Below are positions 45,859 through 53,755 of a DNA stretch of 64,000 bases, piece after piece. The stretch is from Candidatus Limnocylindrales bacterium. Lineage in GTDB: Bacteria > Chloroflexota > Limnocylindria > Limnocylindrales > CSP1-4. Location of the stretch: NCBI GenBank assembly GCA_036504355.1, contig DASXVG010000083.1:8902-72901 (forward strand), written 5' to 3'. The notes below the pieces were generated by a model. That model saw only the letters and a program-made list of their open reading frames with translations, was not told where the DNA came from and searched no databases. How positions within the stretch are numbered: the stretch's first letter is position 1; every line of letters starts with the position of its first letter. The translations under genes and the position numbers were made by a program.

Positions 45859-48442
45859 GCCGACGATCGTAGCCGGTGGGCAGGGCCCAGTCTCCCGAGC
45901 CGGCGCCACCGCCGGTCGACGGGCCCGCCAGCGCGTGCACGGAGAGCGCAAGCGGCGAGCCGGCCGGGGTCGGGATCGCGCAGGTGAACGCGGCCGTGCC
46001 ACGCGGTGTCACCGGCGCCGACGCCGTGCGGGCGGTCGCCGTCGGGATCGCCGCCCGTCCGCCCGTCGCCGACACGTGGAGCCCGTCCTCGCCCAGCTCC
46101 ACGGCAACCGATCCGTCCCGGTCCGTCCGATAGACGCGAGCGCCTGCCGCCCGCAGCCGGTCGAGCGTCGGCTTGGCAGGATGCCCGTACGTGTTGCCCG
46201 CGCCCGCGGACGCCACCGCAACCCGCGGGCGCACCGCGTCCACGAACGCCTGGGTCGTCGCCGTGCGGCTGCCGTGATGCGCGACCTTGAGGAGGTCGAC
46301 GTGCGGGAGCCCGCGCGAGAGGAGCCCGGGGTCGATGCCCTCCTCGACGTCGCCCATCAGGAGGAACCGCCGGCCGTTCGCCTCGCCGAGGAGCACGATG
46401 GAGACGTTGTTGATCCCGGTGCCGGTATCCGGCGGATCGAGCGGGACCGTCCCCGGGTCGGGCCACAGGACGGACATCGACACCTCTCCGAGGCGCAGGC
46501 GGGCACCCGTCGCGAGCAGTCCGTGCGGCGGCCCGTCGCGCAGCTCGGCGTGCCATGCGGCCCAGCCCGGTCCCGGCCCCCGCATCCCGGGCTCGTAGAT
46601 GCGACCGATCGTGTATCGCTCGAGGATCCGTGCGAGTCCGGCGACGTGGTCCTCGTGCGGGTGCGTCAGGATCACGACGTCGAGCCGTCGATCCCATGGC
46701 GGGATGCGCTCGTCGAGGGTGACGAGGATCCGATCGGGGTCAGGTCCACCGTCGACGAGCATCCGTGCGCCGGTCCGAGTCTCGAGGAGGATCGCGTCCC
46801 CCTGGCCGACGTCGAGCACGGTGATGCGAGTCGTCCGCCCCGCAGCATCACCGAGTCCGGCAACGCAGATCGCGACCAGGACCGACGCCGCGACGAGCGC
46901 GGCGCGGTGGCGGGGCGACAGGACGGGCACGCCGCGCGTGCGGGGGGTCGTGGCCGGCGGCCGTGGCCCGGGCGACGACCTTGGCCCTGTGCGCCCACGA
47001 CGCAGGGCGTGCATCGCCGACGGCGTGGCGAGGAGCGCGACGGCCGCGGCGATTGCGAGCGGCTGCGCGGCGCCCGGCGGGAGCGTCACCGCGGCGAACG
47101 GGACCGACGCCCCGGCCCGGACGATCGCGATGATCACGTGGAGCACGAGCCAGCCGGGCAGGCCCGCGAGCGTCGCGACCACCGGCGGAAGGCCGAGCGA
47201 GCCGGCTGCACCGCCGACGAGCGCAAGGACGCCGCCCGCCATGGCGACCGGGACGAGCGGCACCACCGCGAGGTTGACGACGGGGGACACGATGGACAGC
47301 CGGCCGAACGTCGCGAGGACGTCGGGCAGGGTCGCCGCCTGGGCCGCGAGCGAGATCCCGAGGCTCTCGGCCAGCCAGCGTGGCACGCGTCCGCCCGCGC
47401 GTCGTCCGATCCAGGCGCCCAGCGGGTTCGCCCATGCGAGCAGGCCCGCCGTCGCGAGGACCGACAGCCGGAACCCGGCGTCGCCGATGAGCGCCGGGTC
47501 GATCAGGAGCAGGATTGCCGCGGCCGCGCCAAGGGCGGCAGCCGCCCGCCCCGCCCGTCCCGACTCCCGCGCCAGGAGGACGACGCCGGCCATCACCGCC
47601 GCCCGGACGACCGACGGCGAGCCACCGGCCGCCACGACGTACGCCACGACTGTCCCGAGGACGACGATCGTGACGACCCGGCGCGGCCGGCCGCGCAGCG
47701 CCGCGCCGACGAGTGCGGCGACGATCGCGATGTTCCAGCCCGAGATCGCGACGACGTGGCTCACGCCCGCAGTCGAGAAGTCCGCGGCAAGGCTTCGGTC
47801 GACCCGCTCCCGCAGGCCGATGAGGATCCCGGCTGCGAGCCCGGCCTCCGGCTCCGGCAGGGCGAGGCGGAGGGCATCACCCGCGCCGTCGCGGGCCGCC
47901 TGGAGTGAGAACACGGGTGGCTCGAGGACGCGCAGCGAGCATGCATCGAGCGAGCCGGAGGCGCCTGTCCGCCGGAGATACTCGCCGTAGGGATCGTCCT
48001 CGGGCGGTGGACGGAGCCGGCCGTCGACCTCCACGACCGCTCCCGCAGCCACGGCCGGGTACGCGGGCAGGGTCGCCGCAACGACGACCTCGCCGGTCTC
48101 TCCCTCGAGGCGGACCCGGACGACCTGCTTGCCGTCGCGCGGAGCGCCCAGCGACTCGATGATGCCTGTCCACGGCCCGCCGTCGACGGGGAGTGGTGGC
48201 GGCGGTGCAGCACCCGGTCCGAGCAGCACGCGCACGCCAACGAGCAGGGCACCGATGCCGCCGGCGAGCATTGAGGCCCGCCTGCCGTGGCCGAGTCGTG
48301 ACCCGAGCCCAGTGGCCACTGCCACCGTCACCAGCCCTGCGACGAGCACCGGCAGCGGGCCCGTGCCGGCGCTCGAGAAGCTTGCGCCAGCCGCGGCCCC
48401 GACCGCGACCCAGGCGGCCCGCGGCCACCTTGCGCCGCTCAT
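45569..48442 (-). CDS. comEC: DNA internalization-related competence protein ComEC/Rec2 (the ORF formally reads 290 nt into the HD gene)
   Basis: Polytopic competence domain plus MBL domain (VLDVGQGDAILLE, VILTHPHEDHVAGL, LKVAHHGS...). ATG overlaps the comEA stop (ATGA). The first in-frame stop is only at 45569. See the finding. Confidence 0.88.
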   Translation of the reverse strand: MSGARWPRAAWVAVGAAAGASFSSAGTGPLPVLVAGLVTVAVATGLGSRLGHGRRASMLAGGIGALLVGVRVLLGPGAAPPPPLPVDGGPWTGIIESLGAPRDGKQVVRVRLEGETGEVVVAATLPAYPAVAAGAVVEVDGRLRPPPEDDPYGEYLRRTGASGSLDACSLRVLEPPVFSLQAARDGAGDALRLALPEPEAGLAAGILIGLRERVDRSLAADFSTAGVSHVVAISGWNIAIVAALVGAALRGRPRRVVTIVVLGTVVAYVVAAGGSPSVVRAAVMAGVVLLARESGRAGRAAAALGAAAAILLLIDPALIGDAGFRLSVLATAGLLAWANPLGAWIGRRAGGRVPRWLAESLGISLAAQAATLPDVLATFGRLSIVSPVVNLAVVPLVPVAMAGGVLALVGGAAGSLGLPPVVATLAGLPGWLVLHVIIAIVRAGASVPFAAVTLPPGAAQPLAIAAAVALLATPSAMHALRRGRTGPRSSPGPRPPATTPRTRGVPVLSPRHRAALVAASVLVAICVAGLGDAAGRTTRITVLDVGQGDAILLETRTGARMLVDGGPDPDRILVTLDERIPPWDRRLDVVILTHPHEDHVAGLARILERYTIGRIYEPGMRGPGPGWAAWHAELRDGPPHGLLATGARLRLGEVSMSVLWPDPGTVPLDPPDTGTGINNVSIVLLGEANGRRFLLMGDVEEGIDPGLLSRGLPHVDLLKVAHHGSRTATTQAFVDAVRPRVAVASAGAGNTYGHPAKPTLDRLRAAGARVYRTDRDGSVAVELGEDGLHVSATGGRAAIPTATARTASAPVTPRGTAAFTCAIPTPAGSPLALSVHALAGPSTGGGAGSGDWALPTGYDRRHDDPRTPRGRPPADLAGTPSLVSGARVRGRRRRSVARCPHGGERGQGGRRAGRGGGAAARRGQASPGAGPGPPAPRRWLGGLARCPRDAGAGARGP

Positions 48443-49137
48443 GGCCCGACGCTGACGAGCGCCCGGATCTTCTCGAGCGTGGCCGGGCCGACGACCTTGC
48501 GCGTGCCGAGGTCATCGACGGACGAGAACCGCTGCTCCTCGCGCGCGGCGATGATCTTGGCGGCGGTCGCCGGCCCGATCCCGGGCAGCGTGTCGAGCGC
48601 CTCGGCGGTGGCTGTGTTGAGATCGATCGCGCCCGATGTCCCGCCGCCGCCCGATGTCCCCGCGCCGGACCCGCCGCTCCCGGTCGCGGTCTCGCCGCGT
48701 GCAGGCACGTGGATCTCGTCGCCGTCCTTCAGCGGGGCGGCAAGGTTCAGCCGGGAGTCCGCGAGCACGGCGTCGACCCGGGGCCCGAACCCGCCGGCGG
48801 CCGTCACGGCGTCCAGGATCCGCGACCCGCCCGGCAAGCGGTAGACGCCCGGGTGGACGACCGCGCCTCCGACCTCGACGACGAGCATCGTGGCGGCCGC
48901 CGCGCCACCGGGCTGGCTCGCGCCCGGCAGGTCGCCGCTCGAGCCCGTGGCACCATCGATCTCGACCGCCGGATCGGGCCGCAGTCCGAGCAACAGAGCC
49001 GAGGCGCCGATGACGAGCGCGATGAGCAGGGCTCCGATTGCGACCCAGGGGAGGTCGCGCGGGGCGGCCTCGGACGCATCGCCTGGACGTTCGGGATCGG
49101 CATCGACGACGCGCCACGGCGCGCTGGACGGCTCCAC
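48439..49137 (-). CDS. comEA: ComEA family DNA-binding protein (SLBB plus helix-hairpin-helix)
   Basis: TM anchor, SLBB (VHPGVYRLPGGSRILDAVTAAGG) and C-terminal HhH (IDLNTATAEALDTLPGIGPATAAKIIAARE). Confidence 0.9.
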   Translation of the reverse strand: MEPSSAPWRVVDADPERPGDASEAAPRDLPWVAIGALLIALVIGASALLLGLRPDPAVEIDGATGSSGDLPGASQPGGAAAATMLVVEVGGAVVHPGVYRLPGGSRILDAVTAAGGFGPRVDAVLADSRLNLAAPLKDGDEIHVPARGETATGSGGSGAGTSGGGGTSGAIDLNTATAEALDTLPGIGPATAAKIIAAREEQRFSSVDDLGTRKVVGPATLEKIRALVSVGP

Positions 49138-49183
49138 GGGTGGGGGATCTCCCCGGCGGGCCGCGGCGGGCGGTGGGGAGGAT

Positions 49184-49221
49184 CACCTGCCCCGTAGGGG
49201 GCACTTCCGACGGGGCAGGTG
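49184..49221 (-). terminator. Perfect 11-bp stem-loop (CACCTGCCCCG ... CGGGGCAGGTG, 16-nt loop) downstream of the small-ORF pair; no U-tract
   Basis: Read directly. Lies between the stop of ORF 49273 and the comEA start. Confidence 0.3.
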
Positions 49222-49272
49222 TCCGGGCCGGATCGTAGGGAGCCCCGCTTATCTGCGACTTACCTGTGCGAT

Positions 49273-49491
49273 CTACGCGGGTCCGTCCGCCTGCTCGTTG
49301 GCGATCTCGCGTTCGGCCACGGTCTTGGGCACGATCGCGCGCGCGACCTGCTCGGCCTCCTCGGACAGCGTGACGAGCTCCGGATGGCCCTCGGGCAGCT
49401 CCTGCTTCCGTTCCTCGATGTCGCGTAGCCGCTCGGCGTCGGCAACGATCGCCTCGCTCGTCGCCCGCAGGTCGTCACCTGTCTCGGTCAA
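49273..49491 (-). CDS. Hypothetical small acidic helical protein (72 aa), TTG start
   Basis: SD GGAGGGAG lies 6-9 nt upstream of TTG 49491. High GC3. No family recognised. Confidence 0.55.
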   Translation of the reverse strand: MTETGDDLRATSEAIVADAERLRDIEERKQELPEGHPELVTLSEEAEQVARAIVPKTVAEREIANEQADGPA

Positions 49492-49515
49492 CGTCTCTCC
49501 CTCCTCGGTTGCTGC

Positions 49516-49737
49516 TCAGGCGCGTGGCACCCAATGCCCGTCACGGTAGACATACCAGACCGTCGTCCGCTCGCTTGACAGGTCGCGCGGACGGACGCTC
49601 GCCAGCGGATAGCGCTCGCGGAGCTGCCGCTGGAGATCGTCGTGCGTGAGATCTGCGGCGTTCACCAGCTCCGTCGCGTAGCCGGTGAACGTGGCGTCGT
49701 CTCTGGGGTTCAGGATGAGGACCGGTCGGGAGGCCAT
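49516..49737 (-). CDS. Hypothetical small protein (73 aa)
   Basis: High GC3, plausible globular sequence (...TTVWYVYRDGHWVPRA). 24 nt upstream of the next small ORF. Weak SD. Confidence 0.5.
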   Translation of the reverse strand: MASRPVLILNPRDDATFTGYATELVNAADLTHDDLQRQLRERYPLASVRPRDLSSERTTVWYVYRDGHWVPRA

Positions 49738-49858
49738 GATTGCAGTCGTCCGTGGCGAGCGTCGCCGGGGGATGCGCGCCCGCTGTCGCCACGCTACGGC
49801 AACACCCGTTGCAGGCGCGTTAACGGCGATGGCGCAATCGTCGGGCTACGATCCGCGC

Positions 49859-50650
49859 ATGACCGAGGATCCGTTCCCGCGCGAGCGTGTCACCACGATG
49901 CTGCGGCGCATGCCCGCGTACCTCCGCCTGTCGTGGCGCCTGGCCAAGGACCCATTGCTCTCGAAGGCGCGCCGTGCCGCCGTCGTTGGGGCGGCGGGTT
50001 ACCTCGCCTCGCCGATCGACCTGGTGCCGGGCGTGATCCCTGTCATCGGGCAGCTGGACGACATCGCGGTCGCGCTCGCAGCCATCCGGATCGCGCTCGC
50101 GGGTTTGAGCCCGGAGCGCCGTGCCGTCCACCTCGACGCCGTGGGGCTTGCCGACCAGGACCTCGCGGATGACCTGCGCACGGTGGGCGCCACCGCGGGC
50201 TGGATCGGCCGCGCGGGCTTCCGGACGACGAAGCGGGTCGCGGTCGCGGGCGCCCGTGCGGCGGGTGCCGCGGCGCGGACGACGAAGGCCGGGCTGGACC
50301 GGGCCACGCCGATGGCGAAGGCGACCGCGGATCGAGTCACGCCGACAGCGAGGGCGATGGCCGCTCGCGCGGCACCCGTGACGAACGCGGCATCACCCGC
50401 GATCCGCGCGGTGTCCGATCGGGCGGGACCGGCGGCGAACGCGGTCGTGGCGAAGGCCGCGCCAGTGGCGAGAGCCACCGGTCGCACGGCGAAGGGCGCG
50501 GGCGCCACCGCGATGAAGGTCGGTGGCAGGGTCGCCGGCGCAACGATCCGCCGCCTGCCGAAGCGGGGATCACCGCAGCCACGAATGTCCATCAGCCGGG
50601 TCGACGTGCGGCTGCTGCCGCCCCCGCCGCCGAGAGGCGTCGAGGGCTGA
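49859..50650 (+). CDS. DUF1232/YkvA-family membrane protein with a long Ala-rich repeat tail
   Basis: DUF1232 core YLASPIDLVPGVIPVIGQLDDIAVAL, then about 110 aa of 11-residue-periodic A/R/T/P repeats. TACGAT-6 nt-ATG start context. Confidence 0.8.
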   Translation: MTEDPFPRERVTTMLRRMPAYLRLSWRLAKDPLLSKARRAAVVGAAGYLASPIDLVPGVIPVIGQLDDIAVALAAIRIALAGLSPERRAVHLDAVGLADQDLADDLRTVGATAGWIGRAGFRTTKRVAVAGARAAGAAARTTKAGLDRATPMAKATADRVTPTARAMAARAAPVTNAASPAIRAVSDRAGPAANAVVAKAAPVARATGRTAKGAGATAMKVGGRVAGATIRRLPKRGSPQPRMSISRVDVRLLPPPPPRGVEG

Positions 50651-50662
50651 TCCGGGCGCCCG

Positions 50663-51070
50663 TCAGACCGGGAGCTGCTCCCACTCGACCCAGCGGGCAC
50701 CGTCCCACCAGCGATGCCACGTCGCACGGTCGGCGCCGGCCGCGAAGACGTCCAGGCGGTCCGCGCCCCATGACGACGCCGCGGGCGTGGGGCCAAGGGC
50801 CAGCTCGCCGCCCAGCGACTCCCACGGATGCCACGACGCACCGTCCCAGTACCGGTCCCACAGCGTCCCGTCGGGGAAGACCGCGAATACCTCCATCTGG
50901 TCGGGCGCCCACGCCGTCACCGCGGGTCCCGATGCGAGCGTGCCTCCGAGGTTCTCGGCCGCGCTCCACCCGATCCCGTCGAACGACCGGTGCCACAGCG
51001 CGTCGGCGTCATCGCGCCAGAACAGGTCGATCCGGCCCTCGCCCCATGACACTGCCGCCTCGTCACGCAT
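50663..51070 (-). CDS. Three-blade Trp-rich beta-propeller-repeat protein (DUF346 / PLL- or tectonin-like lectin blades)
   Basis: 135 aa. SD GGAGG lies 8 nt upstream of ATG 51070. Three repeats of about 45 aa: SWGEGRIDLFWRDDADALWHRSFDGIGWSAAENLGG / AWAPDQMEVFAVFPDGTLWDRYWDGASWHPWESLGG / SWGADRLDVFAAGADRATWHRWWDGARWVEWEQL. Confidence 0.75.
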   Translation of the reverse strand: MRDEAAVSWGEGRIDLFWRDDADALWHRSFDGIGWSAAENLGGTLASGPAVTAWAPDQMEVFAVFPDGTLWDRYWDGASWHPWESLGGELALGPTPAASSWGADRLDVFAAGADRATWHRWWDGARWVEWEQLPV

Positions 51071-51090
51071 CGTGCACCTCCAGGCGGACC

Positions 51091-51342
51091 TTACGCGGTC
51101 CGCCGGTCCAGCCGCGTGGCCGCGTTGCACGCCGCATCGGAGACGCTGCCGAACGCGCCCGACACGGCGCGCAGGACGGTGGCGACGACGACTCGCGGCC
51201 GGCCGGGTGCGACCGGCAGGTGGTGGCGTCGGGCCTCGGCGGCCGCATGCGCCCGGGCCTGGTTGGCGAGCGCCTGCTGCCGGGCCTCCTCCGCGCGCTC
51301 ACGCGCGATGTCGAGCGCGAGCTGCGCCTGGATCTGCCACAT
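51091..51342 (-). CDS. Hypothetical small protein (83 aa)
   Basis: Strong SD GAGGAGG lies 7 nt upstream of ATG 51342. N-terminal charged helix (QLALDIARERAEEARQQALANQARA) and a hydrophobic segment VVVATVLRAVSGAFGSV. Confidence 0.6.
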   Translation of the reverse strand: MWQIQAQLALDIARERAEEARQQALANQARAHAAAEARRHHLPVAPGRPRVVVATVLRAVSGAFGSVSDAACNAATRLDRRTA

Positions 51343-51353
51343 GGGTCGCCTCC

Positions 51354-51512
51354 TCAGCGAGAACGGGATTCGAGGGGATGGAACGGGTCGCGAGGCGCGC
51401 CGGCGTCAAACCGGTCGCGGTCGAAGCCGTCGCGGCTCTCCACGCCGGCAAGCGCCGCCACGATGCCGAACACGGCCAGCGCGGAGAGGACGAAGGGGAC
51501 GAGTGCGTCCAT
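51354..51512 (-). CDS. Hypothetical small membrane protein (52 aa)
   Basis: Not in the ORF track. MDALVPFVLSALAVFGIVAALAGVESRDGFDRDRFDAGAPRDPFHPLESRSR. Its TGA is embedded in the SD of the next gene (CGCTGAGGAGG). High GC3. Confidence 0.55.
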   Translation of the reverse strand: MDALVPFVLSALAVFGIVAALAGVESRDGFDRDRFDAGAPRDPFHPLESRSR

Positions 51513-51531
51513 GTCGGGTTGCTCCGGGGTT

Positions 51532-51620
51532 CCGGTTGCGGTAACCGGATTGGACGATGTGAACAGTTACATCCTACCCGGTTGCCAGTAACCCGTCAAG
51601 GCGTATATATTGGTTACCGA
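51532..51620. promoter_or_regulatory. Three GGTAACC/GGTTACC-containing sites plus an AT-rich TATATATT box in the divergent intergenic region
   Basis: CCGGTTGCGGTAACCGG (51532-51548), CCGGTTGCCAGTAACCCG (51578-51595), TTGGTTACCGA (51610-51620), and gtatatattgg (51602-51612). Confidence 0.4.
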
Positions 51621-51625
51621 TAGCG

Positions 51626-52294
51626 ATGACATCCCCCGACATCAGCCTCCTCGACCGGGCCGCGACCGTCGACCACGCCCACGTGGCCGACCTCGACGCG
51701 TGTCTCGACCTCATCAACAGCATCGAGTACACCGACGGTGTCCCGCAGGACCACATCCCCGCGGCCGACGACGCCATCACGTTCCTCGCGAGCCGCCACC
51801 TGGCGCACGAGGACGCCCTGCGGGCGCAGGCGGCCGCCCGCCCCGCGGCGTGGCTGGACCGCGTGCGCGTCGCGCGCGGCGCGCTCCGCGAGGTCTGGGA
51901 CGCCGCGGTCGAGGGACGGACCGTCCGGGGCGGGGCGGTCGACACCCTCAACGGCGTCCTCGCGCATGCGCCCCACCCCACGTTGCGTGCGACGCTCGCC
52001 GGGGTCGCCGTCGACCACCGTCACGAGGACGATGTCGTGGCCGAGGCGCTCGCCCGGGTGGCCGAGCCGCTCGTCGCGGCCATCGCCGCGGGCGACACCG
52101 CCCGCTTCCGGATCTGCGCCAACGACGGCTGCCGCTGGGTGTTCGAGGACACGTCGCGCGGTGGCCGGCGCCGATGGTGCGACATGAGCTCGTGTGGCAA
52201 CCGCGCGAAGGTGCGGCGCTTCCGCTCGAGGCGCCGGGACGCGGACGCGACCGGGCAGCCCGAGGCCGGCGGGGCGGACGAGGCCGGAGCCTAG
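51626..52294 (+). CDS. CGNR zinc-finger domain protein (ABATE-type putative regulator)
   Basis: C-terminal RICANDGCRWVFEDTSRGGRRRWCDMSSCGNRAKVRRFRSR is the CGNR zinc-finger signature. Confidence 0.88.
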   Translation: MTSPDISLLDRAATVDHAHVADLDACLDLINSIEYTDGVPQDHIPAADDAITFLASRHLAHEDALRAQAAARPAAWLDRVRVARGALREVWDAAVEGRTVRGGAVDTLNGVLAHAPHPTLRATLAGVAVDHRHEDDVVAEALARVAEPLVAAIAAGDTARFRICANDGCRWVFEDTSRGGRRRWCDMSSCGNRAKVRRFRSRRRDADATGQPEAGGADEAGA

Positions 52295-53277
52295 CCGCGC
52301 TCGAGCAGCGGCTTGACCTCGGTCGCGAAGCGGGCCATCGACTCCTCGTCGTAGTCCGCGGGCATCCCGGCGATGAGGTGCCGGTATCCGAGATCCAGGT
52401 ATGGCGCGAGCTTCTCCGCGACGTCCCCCGGCGTGCCCACCGGCTGGTTCGTCCAGCGATTGGCGACGCGGTTCCGGTCGAACGCCTCGCGGAACAGCCG
52501 CTCGGCCTCGGCGCGGTCGTCCCGGATGAACACCGTCCCGATGCCCATCGTCCGCTCGATCTCGGCCGGGTCGCGCCCGACGGTCTCGCAGTGGCCGACG
52601 AGGATGTCGTCCTTGCGCTTGACCTGCTCGACGGTCCCGCCGATGTTGTTCATGTCGCCGTACTTCGCGACGAGCTTGAGCGTCACCTGCTCGCCGCCCC
52701 CGCCGATGCAGATCGGCAGGTGCGCCTGGAGCGGCGCCGGCAGGTTCCGGGTGTCCCGGCCGTGGTAGTGCGGGCCCTTCGCCGTGGGCTCGGTCCCGTC
52801 GAGCATGCCGCGCATGACCGGCAGCGCCTCGCCCAGCCAGCGCAGTCGCTCGGGAAAGCCGGACCCGAAGTCGAGGCCGAAGTCCTCGTGCTCCTCCTCG
52901 AACCACGCGCCGCCGATGCCGAGAATCGCCCGCCCACCGGAGATGTGGTCGAGCGTGGTCGCCATCTTCGCGGTGAGCGTGGGTGGCCGGAACGTGTTCG
53001 CGCCGACCATCAGGCCGACGGTCGCCCGCTTCGTCGCCTGCGCCCACGCCGTGATCGTGAGCCAGCCCTCGTAGTTCGGCCCGTGCGAGTCGCCGACGAT
53101 GGGATACAGGTGATCCCACGTCCAGAGGCTGTCATACCCGAGCTCGTCCGCGCGGACGCCTGCGTGCAGCAGTTGCGGCCACTCGGCGTACTGGTTCCAG
53201 CATAGCGCGCCGATCTTGACGTTGATGACGAGAACCTCCGTGGCCGGCCACGAGGACGTGACCGTGACGATGGGCAC
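52291..53277 (-). CDS. Luciferase-like monooxygenase (LLM) family oxidoreductase, probably F420-dependent
   Basis: ...ADELGYDSLWTWDHL, ATLDHISGGRAILGIGGAWFEEEHEDFG... The start is problematic (see finding). GTG 53277 is the nearest canonical in-frame start. Confidence 0.85.
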   Translation of the reverse strand: MPIVTVTSSWPATEVLVINVKIGALCWNQYAEWPQLLHAGVRADELGYDSLWTWDHLYPIVGDSHGPNYEGWLTITAWAQATKRATVGLMVGANTFRPPTLTAKMATTLDHISGGRAILGIGGAWFEEEHEDFGLDFGSGFPERLRWLGEALPVMRGMLDGTEPTAKGPHYHGRDTRNLPAPLQAHLPICIGGGGEQVTLKLVAKYGDMNNIGGTVEQVKRKDDILVGHCETVGRDPAEIERTMGIGTVFIRDDRAEAERLFREAFDRNRVANRWTNQPVGTPGDVAEKLAPYLDLGYRHLIAGMPADYDEESMARFATEVKPLLERG

Positions 53278-53402
53278 GCGTGTCGCACGTGCCGGGAGCG
53301 GTGGGCGGTTCCAACGATACCGTGCGGACGTCGCAACCCGGCCCGGCGGGGCCCGGCGGCCGAACGCCACGGGGTGGCAGGTCGGCTACGCGCGGTCGAA
53401 GC

Positions 53403-53747
53403 TCACCCCTGGCTGACGATGTCGATCGAGATCTCCACCGCCGCGATGGTTCCCCGGTTCTCGAGCCAGTGTGTCGTGTCCCGATCCTCGCGCCAGCCCA
53501 CGCCCGGCCCATAGTCCGTGGCGACCCCGTCCCGGTGGTCGGTGATGGTTCCCTGCAGGACGTACACGGTGCCCGGCCTGCCGGCGTGGTCGTGGATCGG
53601 GCCGAACACGCCTCCGGGCTCGATGGTCACCATCCGCATCCGAAGCTGGCGCCCTGCCATCCCCTCGATCTCGCGGGCGAGGTCAACCGTCGCAAGGACC
53701 TCCACCGAGACACCCTTCGTCTCGGGTGCCACGTGCTCGTCGTCCAT
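53403..53747 (-). CDS. Cupin domain protein
   Basis: 114 aa: ...VTIEPGGVFGPIHDHAGRPGTVYVLQGTITDH..., ...HWLENRG. The ATG lies 8 nt after the leuS stop. Confidence 0.8.
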   Translation of the reverse strand: MDDEHVAPETKGVSVEVLATVDLAREIEGMAGRQLRMRMVTIEPGGVFGPIHDHAGRPGTVYVLQGTITDHRDGVATDYGPGVGWREDRDTTHWLENRGTIAAVEISIDIVSQG

Positions 53748-53755
53748 CGTCTGCG

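Noticed and set aside
45548-47908. 786-aa plus-strand ORF opposite comEC
   Set aside because: Arg/Asp/Gly-rich nonsense sequence. The ComEC membrane and MBL domains on the minus strand explain the region.
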